Below are positions 52,146-61,995 of a DNA stretch of 64,000 bases, piece by piece (position 1 is the stretch's first letter; each line of letters starts with the position of its first letter). Source of the stretch: Octopus vulgaris (Eukaryota). Position numbers and translations under genes: made by a program. A model generated the notes under the pieces. It did no database searches and was not told where the DNA came from. It saw only the letters and a list, made by a program, of their open reading frames with translations. The stretch is taken from assembly GCA_951406725.2 (NCBI GenBank), contig OX597818.1, forward strand, positions 128,092,001 to 128,156,000. The letters are read 5' to 3'.

Positions 52146-54784
52146 CGTGAGTGTGTGTGTGTGTGTGTTTGCGTCTCACCACTTGACAAATGGTCTTAGT
52201 TTGTTTACATCCTCATGACTGAACAATTCAGCAAAAAACATTATGATAGAATGGATTTGGTTGAAGGAAACTGAAAGAAATCTGTTGTATATAATTCATA
52301 TATCACGTGATCACGTGACCGACCAGACCATCAGATGTTGTTACACATTGCTGGTCACAATGTGTTCGCATTGTTTAGCCACCCCGCTGGCTAAGCGAGC
52401 AAGCCAACAGAAGAAAGAGTGGTGAAAGAGTACAGCAGGGATCACCACCCCCTGCCGGAGCCTCGTGGAGCTTTTAGGTGTTTTCGCTCAATAAACACAC
52501 ACAACGCCCGGTCTGGGAATCGAAACCGCGATCCTGCGACCGCGAGTCCGCTGCCCTAACCACTAGGCCATTGCACCTCCACATATAATTCATATATACA
52601 TAGATACATACATATGTCCACCTTGTACATGTCTATGTGTGTGCGAGTTTATGTTTACCCTTGTCTAGATATCATGTGATGGTTGTCAATAAGCATCATC
52701 TCATACAAGTCTTCCAATGAAAAACATGTTTAACTGTGGGAAAATATTTCCTTGCTTGGAAACAGGTGAGGGTGAGTAAAAGAAAGTGCATACAACCATA
52801 GAAAATCTGCCTGAACAAATTCTATCGAATCCATTGAAGTATGGAAAATTGGACATTAAATGAGGATGATATTTGCACCAAGACTTTCTACCCATGTAGT
52901 TTATTAACTGGTCAAGCTAATAAAAAAATTTGCTGATTTTAGTAAAGTAACTTGGATTATAAATTGTTATATCAAGCTGATATCTGGAACACAACTCAAA
53001 AAAAAAATTGTCCTGTATAAAACTATGATGGAATTATTAGTTGAAATCCCATGTTATCATTCATATAACAATGAAATTTGTATAAGATTTTCATTTAAAT
53101 ATGGGCATTTTTATGTAAATTCTGCTGGGAAAACTTGATGGTTTTTAAATGATTGACAGAAATAGTGTGGTAACATGTTCAGTGACCTTGAGCAATATAT
53201 ATGATGGCATTTTAGTTGCTATGAAACAATGTAATACTTTACATGGTGCTTTTGTGATTGAGACATTTTCTTAAAAAAATAACTGTGACCTGATTACCCA
53301 AATGCAGCAAAATTTTTCTTTGCTTTTTACTGCATTGATGTGTTCAGTTACAATATGATTTTGTTATAGGTAGATAACTTCAGATTGACTAGTTCAGCAT
53401 TGGTAAAGAAACTATCATGACATATATGAATGGTCTAAATAGATGAAAATTTTCAGTCTATTAGTTAGGCTATAGTGAACTGTTCTTACCATTCTGCATT
53501 GAAGCATGATGCAACACTAGTCATTTCAGATTATATCATGCAAAGTATACTGCATGTTGATTTAAATTTTCATCCTTATAAGAAATAATTCCATACGATT
53601 GATAAAGGTAGAAGATTTTTGTTGAAAACATGCTTGTGATGTGCATGGTTCTTCTTATGAGTGATGAAGTACATTTTCATCTGTATGCACGTAAAAAGCA
53701 CCATCCGATCATGGCCGTTTGCCAGCCTCATCTGGCATCTGTGCCGGTGGCACATAAAAAGCACCCACTACACTCACGGAGTGGTTGGCGTTAGGAAGGG
53801 CATCCAGCTGTAGAAAAACTGCCAGATGAGACTGGGCCTGGTGCAGCCTTCTGGCTTCCCAGACCCCAGTTAAACCGTCCAATCCATGCTAGCATGGAAA
53901 GCGGACGTTAAACGATGATGATGATGATGCTTGCATAAATAAGCAAAACTTCCAAACTTCTGCTGGACATCATTTCACAACAAATTAATCTGTACTCTGT
54001 TGTGTCTGGGGAGAGTCATTTTCAACACACGAACTCATATAAAGAATCTTGCAAACCAAATCCAAAGACGAAATATTAATCTGTACTCTTTTCACTGAAA
54101 ATATTTATCAGTGTAGTAATGTGTGGCAAACTTTGGCATGATAGACTTATTCTTCTTTGAAGAGGTCAGATATGCAATATCTGATTACATTCTGATTGTT
54201 ACATGTTCATGCTGCTCAACTTCCTTACCTCAGGATTGAACAAATGTGACATTAATATATAACATAAGATGGAGCACCCACCTATACAACGAAGGCTTCC
54301 ATGGAATTATTAAGAAAGTGTTTACCAACTATGTCATTTCTGAACTTGGTGACATATTATGACTTTTTAATTGCCTGATATTTCTTTCAGTTTTTGGCCA
54401 ATGTTATTTTCAAGACGATATAAATAGTTAATTATGTGTTGCTAATAGGTTTATAAATGGTACACATTGCTTTGAATGTTTATACAATAAGGTGGTTGCT
54501 AATGTCTTCTGTTTGTAATATTCATTAAAACCATCAAATTTTTCTGCTGGACATTGTATGGGCTGTTACATATGGATTAGTAACAGGGATCAGATGTAGT
54601 CTCAGGCAAGTTGACATTCGGAAGATTAAATATAATGAAAAAAAATTGTGATATTGTATACAGTTATTAAATAAATCAAATATTCTTATTTAATTTCAGA
54701 GTAACAAGAGCTGACTATTTGAATACATTTGAATTTATTGATAAAATTGCTGAAAATCTGAAAACTCTGATGACTTCCATATGA
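14087..54784 (+). CDS. IDH1: NADP-dependent isocitrate dehydrogenase, cytosolic type (IDH1-like), 12 coding exons, 410 aa
   Basis: Manually spliced: 14087-14102, 15469-15508, 33286-33392, 35361-35447, 37489-37649, 39585-39728, 40600-40667, 44723-44791, 46373-46524, 46652-46792, 48589-48751, 54700-54784 = 1233 nt, open frame, all GT-AG. Family motifs [76 protein letters not shown]. No mitochondrial presequence; in-frame TAA upstream at 14006-14008. Confidence 0.95.
14107..14555. repeat. (ATCT)/(GTCT)/(GTAT)n microsatellite block at the start of IDH1 intron 1
   Basis: Direct inspection. Confidence 0.9.
15002..15226. repeat. Near-perfect palindrome, 109-bp arms, 7-nt loop
   Basis: 15002-15110 vs 15118-15226, one mismatch seen. 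Confidence 0.9.
15469..15508 (+). CDS. IDH1: IDH1 exon 2 ([14 protein letters not shown])
   Basis: Polypyrimidine tract + ag acceptor; donor gtttgt. Confidence 0.95.
15651..15941 (+). repeat. Local tandem duplication containing (CA)n
   Basis: tttatttggtgaacgtttgttttaaccgcacg(ca)n gggtgtgtatattaaaaatcctaaaatcct occurs twice. Confidence 0.85.
18235..18463. mobile_element. TTAA-flanked MITE, family 2
   Basis: TTAA|CCCTTTTGATACC...GGTAACAAAAG(G/T)G|TTAA; other copies 37745-38495 (interrupted), 47862-48090, 48970-49197. Confidence 0.75.
18683..18910 (+). mobile_element. Penelope-type terminal repeat fragment with a hammerhead-like motif
   Basis: Shares ccgacgaagagctccgctcgaaacgttaaacc...ttgttccacgtcct...gtttggattaacttta with about 51580-51890; abuts (TA)n. 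Confidence 0.55.
19805..20200 (-). mobile_element. SINE family B
   Basis: Full-length match to family B; other copies 27525-27920+, 31047-31285-, 58945-59190+. Confidence 0.85.
20821..21000. mobile_element. TTAA-flanked MITE, family 3
   Basis: TTAA|CCCCTTACCC...GGGTAAGGGG|TTAA. Confidence 0.75.
21436..22724 (+). mobile_element. Tc1/mariner superfamily DD37D (maT-type) transposon, decayed
   Basis: TA|CAGGGTG...CACCCTG ends; HTH ORF 21538-22029; QQD-37 aa-D (QQDSEPCH...SSDCKPLDY); frameshifts and stops. Confidence 0.85.
22750..22985. other. CpG-rich, highly self-complementary island of unknown identity
   Basis: Nested inverted repeats (ctagcaag/cttgctag, atcag/ctgat, tgcgc/gcgca, gccgt/acggc, ggggcct/aggcccc), single copy in this window. 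Confidence 0.45.
25690..26332. mobile_element. Possible Helitron/HINE-like fragments
   Basis: gcaacgccgggtcatagtgttagt (25984-26007) resembles a Helitron-type 3' end; tatatatagagagat (about 26332) resembles a 5' end on the minus strand. Confidence 0.35.
26845..26927 (+). repeat. 20-bp minisatellite x4 (tgcttaatgtcctagccaca)
   Basis: Direct inspection. Confidence 0.95.
26963..27256. repeat. Compound (AAT)/(GAT)/(GGT)n microsatellite
   Basis: Direct inspection; source of the poly-His/Asp/Gly ORF artefacts. Confidence 0.95.
33286..33392 (+). CDS. IDH1: IDH1 exon 3 ([35 protein letters not shown])
   Basis: ttcag acceptor, gtaata donor, IDH homology. Confidence 0.95.
33737..33969 (+). mobile_element. 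SINE family A with a 16-bp TSD
   Basis: tatataagatggtatc at 33719-33734 and 33970-33985. Confidence 0.88.
33986..34270 (+). mobile_element. Mariner 5' fragment
   Basis: [31 protein letters not shown] resembles the mariner transposase N-terminal HTH. Confidence 0.65.
35361..35447 (+). CDS. IDH1: IDH1 exon 4 ([29 protein letters not shown])
   Basis: ctcag acceptor, gtaag donor. Confidence 0.96.
37489..37649 (+). CDS. IDH1: IDH1 exon 5 ([17 protein letters not shown]...GRHAYGDQ)
   Basis: ttcag acceptor, gtaag donor; contains the Arg132-equivalent GRHA. Confidence 0.97.
37815..38325 (-). mobile_element. L1/Tx1-like LINE fragment with 3' tail, nested in a family 2 MITE
   Basis: Minus strand ends ...gtaatgtccccctctgtgtaagccctttatgggtaataa, similar to the 9110-9175 tail. 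Confidence 0.55.
38987..39337. mobile_element. hAT-type MITE
   Basis: TIRs CAGTGGTTCTCAAC / GTTGAGAACCCCTG; no clean 8-bp TSD. Confidence 0.7.
39585..39728 (+). CDS. IDH1: IDH1 exon 6 ([14 protein letters not shown]...GMYNTDQ)
   Basis: tgcag acceptor, gtgag donor. Confidence 0.97.
40109..40535 (-). mobile_element. Mariner transposase 3' fragment with one TIR
   Basis: [23 protein letters not shown] motif; TA + ttgggtcatcccataaataa end. Confidence 0.85.
40600..40667 (+). CDS. IDH1: IDH1 exon 7 ([23 protein letters not shown])
   Basis: ttcag acceptor, gtatat donor. Confidence 0.95.
42584..43070 (-). mobile_element. CR1-like LINE 3' fragment with (TAAC)n tail, nested in a family 1 MITE
   Basis: [22 protein letters not shown]...GHSEKL...[13 protein letters not shown] is a typical CR1-group ORF2 C-terminus. 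Confidence 0.85.
44723..44791 (+). CDS. IDH1: IDH1 exon 8 ([23 protein letters not shown])
   Basis: ttcag acceptor, gtgagt donor; catalytic Lys212 equivalent. Confidence 0.97.
46373..46524 (+). CDS. IDH1: IDH1 exon 9 ([23 protein letters not shown]...[13 protein letters not shown])
   Basis: tttag acceptor, gtatgt donor; metal-binding Asp residues. Confidence 0.97.
46652..46792 (+). CDS. IDH1: IDH1 exon 10 ([16 protein letters not shown]...[11 protein letters not shown]...STNSI)
   Basis: tgcag acceptor, gtaaac donor; NADP-binding motif. Confidence 0.97.
48589..48751 (+). CDS. IDH1: IDH1 exon 11 ([17 protein letters not shown]...[14 protein letters not shown])
   Basis: cacag acceptor, gtaaat donor. 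Confidence 0.97.
49545..49962 (+). mobile_element. SINE family B (young copy)
   Basis: Full-length match. Confidence 0.88.
50374..50778 (-). mobile_element. SINE family B (young copy, inverted relative to 49545)
   Basis: Full-length match; an older minus-strand copy lies at about 49993-50370. Confidence 0.88.
50918..51487. mobile_element. MITE-like element with about 55-bp imperfect TIRs enclosing microsatellites
   Basis: aggaagttctgctttctgctgagaaaa / ttttctcagcagaaagcacaacttcct. Confidence 0.5.
54700..54784 (+). CDS. IDH1: IDH1 terminal coding exon ([27 protein letters not shown])
   Basis: ttcag acceptor; matches human [21 protein letters not shown]; TGA at 54782-54784. Confidence 0.95.
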
Positions 54785-54823
54785 CTCGGCAGATTTAAGC
54801 CAATAACTGAGAGTAAATTATGA
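54782..54823 (+). other. In-frame post-stop extension X-LGRFKPITESKL* (cryptic PTS1)
   Basis: TGA CTC GGC AGA TTT AAG CCA ATA ACT GAG AGT AAA TTA TGA read directly; translation of it is inferred. Confidence 0.7.
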
Positions 54824-55044
54824 CTTTTAAGCACTATAGCTTATAAGCATGCAAAGGTCTTTTTTTTTAATCCTCCCTTTTTAACTTTCTCGCATTTTCT
54901 ATTCATTCTGTACGGTTTTAATGAAAATAAGGGCTCATCAAACCAATCAATGCTAGCCTATATTAAAAAAATTTTTTATCTGAAATTCTTATAAAAAATC
55001 CTGCAGGTAATCTATAAATACTAACGTTTTGTGAATATTTTTGA

Positions 55045-55050
55045 AATAAA
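55045..55050 (+). terminator. Probable IDH1 polyadenylation signal
   Basis: AATAAA about 260 nt after the stop, followed by a GT-rich tract (about 55070-55090). Confidence 0.6.
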
Positions 55051-55469
55051 GAATTTTGGTATCTTTTGGGAATTTGTGTTTGTTTTGTTAGCATGCTAGA
55101 CAAAATCCTTTGTAACATTTTGTGTGTCTTTGCATTCTGGGCTCAAATTCTGCCATGGTTAACTTTGCCTTTCATCCTTTTGGGGTGAAAGTCCCCTAAC
55201 CCCAAATTTCAGTAGAAGGGATTATTATTAATGGTGGTGATCTGGCAGAATTGTTAGCAATTGGACGAAATGCTTAGCGGTTTTTCGCCCATCACTACAT
55301 TCTGAGCTCACATTCCACCAAGGTTAACTTTACTTTTCATCCTTTTGGGGTTGATAAATTAAGCACCAGTGAAACACTGGGATTAATGTAATCGACTGGT
55401 TCCCTCCCCAAAAATTTCAGGCCTTGTGTCTATAGTAGAAAGGATTATTATTATTATTATTGTTATTAT

Positions 55470-56040
55470 TCAGTAATTCTTTTTTTATATCGTGCTTTCA
55501 CTTCACTACCGAGCACAGCTCTGTGTGCCCTGGGTATGTGCTGTGGTTTGTTGTGATGCTCTGATGGTTATTGTATGGAAAGTGTTCTGCGTAGGATGTG
55601 TGCAGTGCCCAGTAGTGCAATTTTCTGTATGTTATATGTGTTTGTAAGTCCTGGTGTTTTTGTCATGTATTTGTCTGAATATTTTTTTATCGTGCCTAAT
55701 GCACCTACTATGATAGGAATTGTTTCTGTTTTTAGATTCCACATTATTATTATTATTATTATTATAATTATTATTATTTCACTAGTGCATGCTAATTTAG
55801 TTAGTATTTTATCTTGAAGTTTGGTGGCAATAAGTCTCCTCAAATCTCAAGTATTTTTCTTAGGATTCTAGCAGAATACGGGATGATGCCTTTCTGCAGG
55901 TTGGCAATGCAAGTTTCAATTCCAATTTCTTTCAACTGTTACTATGGGAGTAATTGTTGTTTTGGTCTTCCACAGTTTCCTCAGCTCTCCAACTAGAGCC
56001 TGGTATTCCTCAATTTTTGTCCATTTCTTTGGTATCAACT
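55470..56040 (-). mobile_element. R4/Dong-like (REL endonuclease) non-LTR 3' fragments
   Basis: KIEEYQALVGELRKLWK and MWNLKTETIPIIVGALGTI...IQKIALLGTAHILRR; bounded by (TAA)n tracts. Confidence 0.7.
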
Positions 56041-56056
56041 CTGCTTTCATAGGGGA

Positions 56057-56436
56057 AGCACTCCGTCGGTTACGACGACGAGGGTTCCGGTTGATCCGAT
56101 CAATGGAACAGCCTGCTCGTGAAATTAACGTGTAAGTGGCTGAGCACTCCACAGACACGTGTACCCTTAACGTAGTTCTCAGGGATATTCAGCGTGACAC
56201 AGAGAGTGACAAGGCTGGCCCTTTGAAATACAGGTACAACAGAAACAGGAAGTAAGAGTGAGAGAAAGTTGTGGTGAAAGAGTACAGCAGGGATCACCAC
56301 CATCCCCTGCCGGAGCCTCGTGGAGCTTTAGGTGTTTTCGCTCAATAAACACTTACAACGCCCGGTCTGGGAATCGAAACCGCGATCCTATGACCGCGAG
56401 TCCGCTGCCCTAACCACTGGGCCATTGCGCTTCCAC
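56057..56436 (-). mobile_element. SINE family D (tRNA-derived head)
   Basis: A box TGGCCCAGTGG, B box GGTTTCGATTCC; related copies 52300-52582-, 32076-32130+, 45321-45570+, about 18140-18600-, about 20270-20510-. Confidence 0.85.
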
Positions 56437-57060
56437 TGAGTAAAAAGTAAGCAACGTTTTGAAACATGAAATTTATTACAATATATTTCAACGATACAGA
56501 AATTTTATTCATCAAAGTAAGTACCATTACAATCAGCACATTTTTGCCAATGAGTTACAAGTTTGTTTATTTCGGTAACATAAAAATCTGGAGTTCTGGA
56601 GCTGACAAGCTTTTTGAGCATATTGGTTTGATTTTGAACTCCTTCTTTTGCAATACATCACCAAAGAGTCACCATAACCTTCTTTTGAAGAGCTCAGGTT
56701 TAGGGAAGGTTTTCAGTGTTTCATTTTGGTCCAACCACTGTGAAGAACGTTTTTTATTATTGTACTGAATCCACTTTTCATCGCAAGTTACAATACAGTT
56801 GAGAAATGGATTGGTCTGGTTATGGAAAAGAAGTGATGAGCAAATTTCATATCTGTGCATTTTCTGATTTTCATTCAAATCATGTGGTACTCATTTGCTG
56901 AGCTTTTTTGATTTTCCTATCACATACAAATGGTTGAAGGCAGTTTTCTAGCTAACTTGAAGTCTTTTGCCAGTTCTCAAGTGGTTTTACATGGTTCTTT
57001 CTCAATGACAGTCTTTAATTGATTGCCATCAGTGACAGATAGGCGTCCACTATGTGGGAC
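56437..57060 (-). mobile_element. Mariner transposase fragment
   Basis: FLNCIVTCDEKWIQYNN (first catalytic Asp motif). Confidence 0.8.
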
Positions 57061-57759
57061 ACTGCCATAAGCCTTCCTGTAATCTATCCCTCCAACACAG
57101 TGGGGCTTGTGTATAGGAACTGCAACTGCAGCACACCCTATTTTCACTTGATATTATTGATAGCATTCAATATAATGAGTCCTTTTTTCTTTAATTCTTT
57201 CTTTATATTTGTACATTATATAATCCTTAAGCTTAATGTCAGTAGCCATCCCCTAGTTTATGAAAAAATTACAAAAATCCTTATATAGAACTGTGCACTT
57301 CACAGTTCCAGTAGCATGGTGTTTAGCTGTTGTGCGCATGCTCACATCTCCAAGATAGGAAGCTTCACACTAGGGAGAGAGAGCACTGCGTGAATAACAT
57401 TGCTGGGTGAAAGGTAGTGTTTCTTTTTGACTCCGCATGTGTTGTGCTTAAAAACATGTTTATATTCTTGAATGTGATAAAGTGTAGAATTAGATTATTA
57501 TCCTGCTTCCAGCTTCAGTGTTGCTGCCAGGATTTGAAAAATATTTTCTGATTTAGGGGTGATTTTTGAAAAACAAGGGGAAATTCGCGGCAATGTTCAG
57601 TGAACAAATTAAACACACTACCTGGCAGTGGCTAAAACATGAACCTATCAGGTTTATGTATAAATTTTCTTTTTATATGTTTACTTCCTTTTACACAATA
57701 TCAAAACAACAGCTAAAATTTTTCTGAAGCAGAACCCCAACTAATTTTATCTATGAGTT

Positions 57760-58850
57760 GCCACTGCTCCAACAGCTAAACTCTTCTTCATTACTCGTAC
57801 CTCATTTGATATTCTGCTGTCTATATATGACAGCTCAGCAGTTCCTCTTGATTTCTTCCTACATCCTTTTTGCTCTTCTGGCAGTAGGTTCTCCTTTTCC
57901 AGAAAACTATACACTTCATCTTCTAGTTAACAGTTTCCAGAATAATGGTAAGCAAGCAAAAAGTCTATTATTGGTGACTTTTCTTTGTCCTTCTGTATCA
58001 GCACTGTCCTTCCTTTCGTCATCCATGCTGGTGTTCCATTTTTTATGCAGTCAATTAAACACTCGTATATAGTTGGAGGTTTTTGAGTCAGAAATCCTGG
58101 ACACCATCTGGTCCAGGGAGCTTTCCAGTTTGGTATTTCCTTAATTATCTCTTTCGCTTTCTTATCAGTGAATGCTATATCCTTTTGTGTTATTTCATTT
58201 TCCATTTCTCTTTTAAATTCTTGTAACCAGTCTGCTTTTATATTATGTTGGACTTCTTTGCTCCAGATTTCTACCCAGAATTTTTTTTGCTCCTTCAGTA
58301 TCTAGTATATCCTTTCTCTGATACTTTTTTTTCATTGTTCAGTTATCTTTTATTTTGTTACAGTCAATTGGCCATTATAACATTTTCTTTCATTGTTCTA
58401 GAAGAGTTTATTCTGCTAGTACTGATTTGTTCTTTGTTGGTATGTTTTTTGGGGTTTTTTGTTTTCAAACCTGATACTATTTTGATTTTTTATCTTAGTC
58501 CTTCTTTAACTACTTGCAGTCCTTTCTGTCTTACACTGTGTTTCCTTTGCAGTTCACCTTCTCTATGATTGCATTTATCCATCCAAGATCTCTTTTGAGC
58601 AATTCAGTTTGATTCTCAAGCCTTCGTTCCCTCCATAGGGCTTTGTCTTTTGTTTTTCTTTCATTTTTAACCCGAAGCATTTGCATAGCAACAGAGGCTG
58701 TGCTGTATATAAGGTCATTTTGATCAGTTATGTTTTTGATATAGATTTTCATTAACAGTTCATCCATGTTTTTCACTACTGTATATAGTCTTCCACTTTT
58801 GATTCCGCCAGAGCTAGTAGCCTCTTTCTTTCACTGTTTGGTGCCTCATT
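57760..58850 (-). mobile_element. Degenerate R4/Dong-like non-LTR RT N-terminal fragment
   Basis: KEIPNWKAP(GPDGVQGF, after a frameshift)...PAWMTKGRTVLIQKDKEK. Confidence 0.7.
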
Positions 58851-58854
58851 CACC

Positions 58855-58892
<38 letters not shown>

Positions 58893-58899
58893 CAGCAGC

Positions 58900-58932
<33 letters not shown>

Positions 58933-59929
58933 CTTCTTTCTTCTGTATATATATGTATATGTATGTGTGTGTGTTTGTGTGTCTGTGTATGTCCCCCTAG
59001 CATTGCTTGACAACCGATGCCGGTGTGTTTATGTCCCCGTCACTTAGCGGTTCGGCAAAAGAGATCGATAGATTAAGTACTGGGCTTACAAAGAATAAGT
59101 CCCGGGGTTGATTTGCTCAACTAAAGGCGGTGCTCCAGCATGGCCGCAGTCAAATGACTGAAACAAGTAAAAGAGTAAAGAGTAAGAGAGTCTTTCTCTA
59201 CACAAAGTAATATTTACCTTTATCTGGGGAAGCTGTTCCTTTTGTGGGGATCTATTGACCCCTCTGTTAATCCCTGTCCTTGTTCTTCATGTTCAGCATA
59301 GTCATGTCCACATTCATTCACTATTGTGGAGATCTCTAGTTCATTTGGTCTGAAAGTCTTTGTTTCATGATAGGGAACATATCTTTTTCTGTCCAAATTT
59401 TATGCATTCTTTTTTGATATCCAATTTTGGTAGGCTCTTTTCAGTACTTGCTCAGTCTTTCAAACATTCTCACCTGGGGCTGCAAAATCAATCAGAAGAC
59501 AAATCCCTTCAATATGAGATCAGCTTGGTTTGCCTATATTTCCCAATCAGTCTTAACACTGAAATTCCAAAGGATGGTAACCTCTGGGCAAATTGAAACA
59601 GCTTGTGTTTCCACCAAGAGCTGTTCTGTTGTGCTTTTGCAAGTATTCTGTTAGTGACAGTCTGCTGCAGTTCTATATTTGAGAGATGAGGAATTATGTA
59701 CATTATTTACATTAGACAGATATTTGTCCTCATCTTGTTTATTGTTAACACATATGCTCTCCAGCCTTCTTCAGGTGCCCTGGGGAAAATACCTTCCTAA
59801 GGTATTTTTCGTCATCATCATTATTATTATTCAGGTCACTGCCTGGAATTGAACTCGGAATTTTGAGGTTAGTAGCCCACGCTCTTAACCACTATGCCAT
59901 ATGCCTGTGGGCAATTATGGAGTGAATTT

Positions 59930-60810
59930 TAGGGCTTATAAATCTAATATTTTCCTTTCCTCCCTGAATATCAGTTTCCATATGCTACTTATATCTGCAC
60001 CGGGTCTGCTTGGGAGGTTATTGTCCTGGCATATGTGCTGCTTCTTTTAGTTTTTGTATTTTCCAGTGGTGTTCTCTTCTCTGTCTATTATTTTAACTTC
60101 ATCCCACAGGGGTAAGTGGTTTCCGTTTTGCCATACATGATCAGCTATACCCAATTTGTCAATATCTCCTCATGTCACAGCTTTGCAACGTTCCTCTACC
60201 CTTATTTTGAGGGGGCAGCATGTTCCACCTTTGCATAACCTACCACAGCTGCATGGGATGGAGTACATGCAGTCTTTGGTCATATTCTCTTCTATTGGTA
60301 CTTTTACTCGAAGGCAATATTTGCGAAGTGTTGTATTACTTTTGAATACTGTCCCGATATCATATGGGCTGCATATCTTTTGATTCTTTTCAGAGAGGCT
60401 TTTCACATAGGATAGTCAGACTGCGGTCAATTTATGGGTTTCATCCTCTCTTTTCTTCATAATTGGAGTGGATAGTATGTTTTTGGGGTAGTTCTGGCTT
60501 AAAAGATTGTTACTGGGCTTGATCATTTCTTCATGGTGTGCATCAGGATCGCTACTTATATTCTTTACTCAGTATTTTAGGCACTGAGCAATCCCTCTCT
60601 TTACACTGTATGTATGGTGGGAATTGAAGTTGAGGTATCGTCCAGTGAAAGTTGGCTTCCAGTATACAGATGTCCTGGATCCATATTTGGTGCGTGTTAT
60701 TAATACATCCAGGAATGTTAGTTGATTGTCTTTTTCCATTTCCATTGTGAACTGTATGGATGGCTTTATTGAGTTCAAATGATCTAACAGTACTTGGACA
60801 TCTTCCTGGT
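59930..60810 (-). mobile_element. Penelope-like element fragment (RT thumb + GIY-YIG endonuclease)
   Basis: NSIKPSIQFTMEME..LTFLDVLI...VYWKPTFTGRYLNFNSHH; CMYSIPCSCGRLCKGGT..LKIRVEE. Confidence 0.85.
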
Positions 60811-61158
60811 GGGGCCAGAGTACTTATGAGAGCTCAAAATCTCTTGTGGAAGCGCCATCCAACCAAAATGCAAATATATGGGAAACTACCACCTGTGTCA
60901 TCTCTTGAGGAGGGTAGGAGAGTCCAGTTTGCTGGACATTGTTGTAGAGCTGAAAAAGAGGTAATTTCTACTCTTCTCTTCTGGAAGCCATCTACTCGCA
61001 ATACCAGAGGGTGCACACTCTCCTACCCTGATGTAATCTCCAGGGATACAGGCATCCAGCAACAGGACCTCCGTAATGCTATGAAGGACCGTGAAGTCTG
61101 GCGTAGCATGGTAAATTCCATTGTCTCGACCACGGTCGAACAATGATGATGATGATGA
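60811..61158 (+). mobile_element. RTE-group LINE 3' end with (GAT)n tail
   Basis: RRVQFAGHCCR...LLFWKP...RNAMKDREVWRSMV, then caatgatgatgatgatga. Confidence 0.75.
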
Positions 61159-61408
61159 CTCTGTTTAATAACATCACCTGGTTCTAGGGTGTCATTAGCA
61201 GAATTCACTATGTTGCAATCATTTATCTCGGGTCTCCAGTGTAAGGATAATTCCTCCCTTAACTTCCACCTACCTTAGAGGACCTGACAAAAAAACAAAA
61301 AATGCCATGGGCTGTGGCCTTCCCTCACTGACTAAATAGTAAATAGCGATATCACAGACCTGACATGGGCACTTTACTATTTAAGGACCTGATTCACTCG
61401 AATCCTGA

Positions 61409-61444
<36 letters not shown>

Positions 61445-61995
61445 TCATCATTTAGTATCCGCTTTCCATGCTTGCATGGGATGGACGGTTCAACTGGGGT
61501 CTGGGAAGCCAGAAGGCTGCACCAGGCTCAGTCTGATCTGGCAATGTTTCTACGGCTGGATGCCCTTCCTAACGCCAACCACTCCGTGAGTGTAGTGGGT
61601 GCTTTTTACGTGCCACCGGCACAGGTGCCAGACGGGGCTGGCAAACGGCCATGGTCAGATGGTGCTTTTTACGTGCCACTGGCACGGGGACCAGGCGAGG
61701 CTGGCAACGGCCACGATCGGATGGTGCTTTTTACGTGCCACCGGTATGGATAAATGAAAAGATGTATAAACAAATGGGAGACAAACAGAAAGTCCATAAT
61801 TCTTCATCAGTTATTGACCAATTGGTACTGTTTAGTTTCGCACTTTTAATGATAAGACTGAGTGCTTCTTGATTGACGGTACACACAAAAAATATTTTCT
61901 TTCGCAGAATTAGGGAAAAGAGCAGATAAAATAGAACAAGACAAGCAAAATGACATAGAGTGTGATTTAGGACGGTGGACGAGGACAAGCAATCA

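Noticed and set aside
54921-54968. SECIS-like hairpin in the 3' UTR (ATGAA + stem aataagggct/agcctatatt), which would suggest Sec insertion at the UGA
   Set aside because: The 3' side lacks the required GA of the quartet (reads TAAA) and the apical AA is mis-spaced; not a canonical SECIS
56370-56436. tRNA gene
   Set aside because: A and B boxes are present but continue into the SINE D body; no complete cloverleaf
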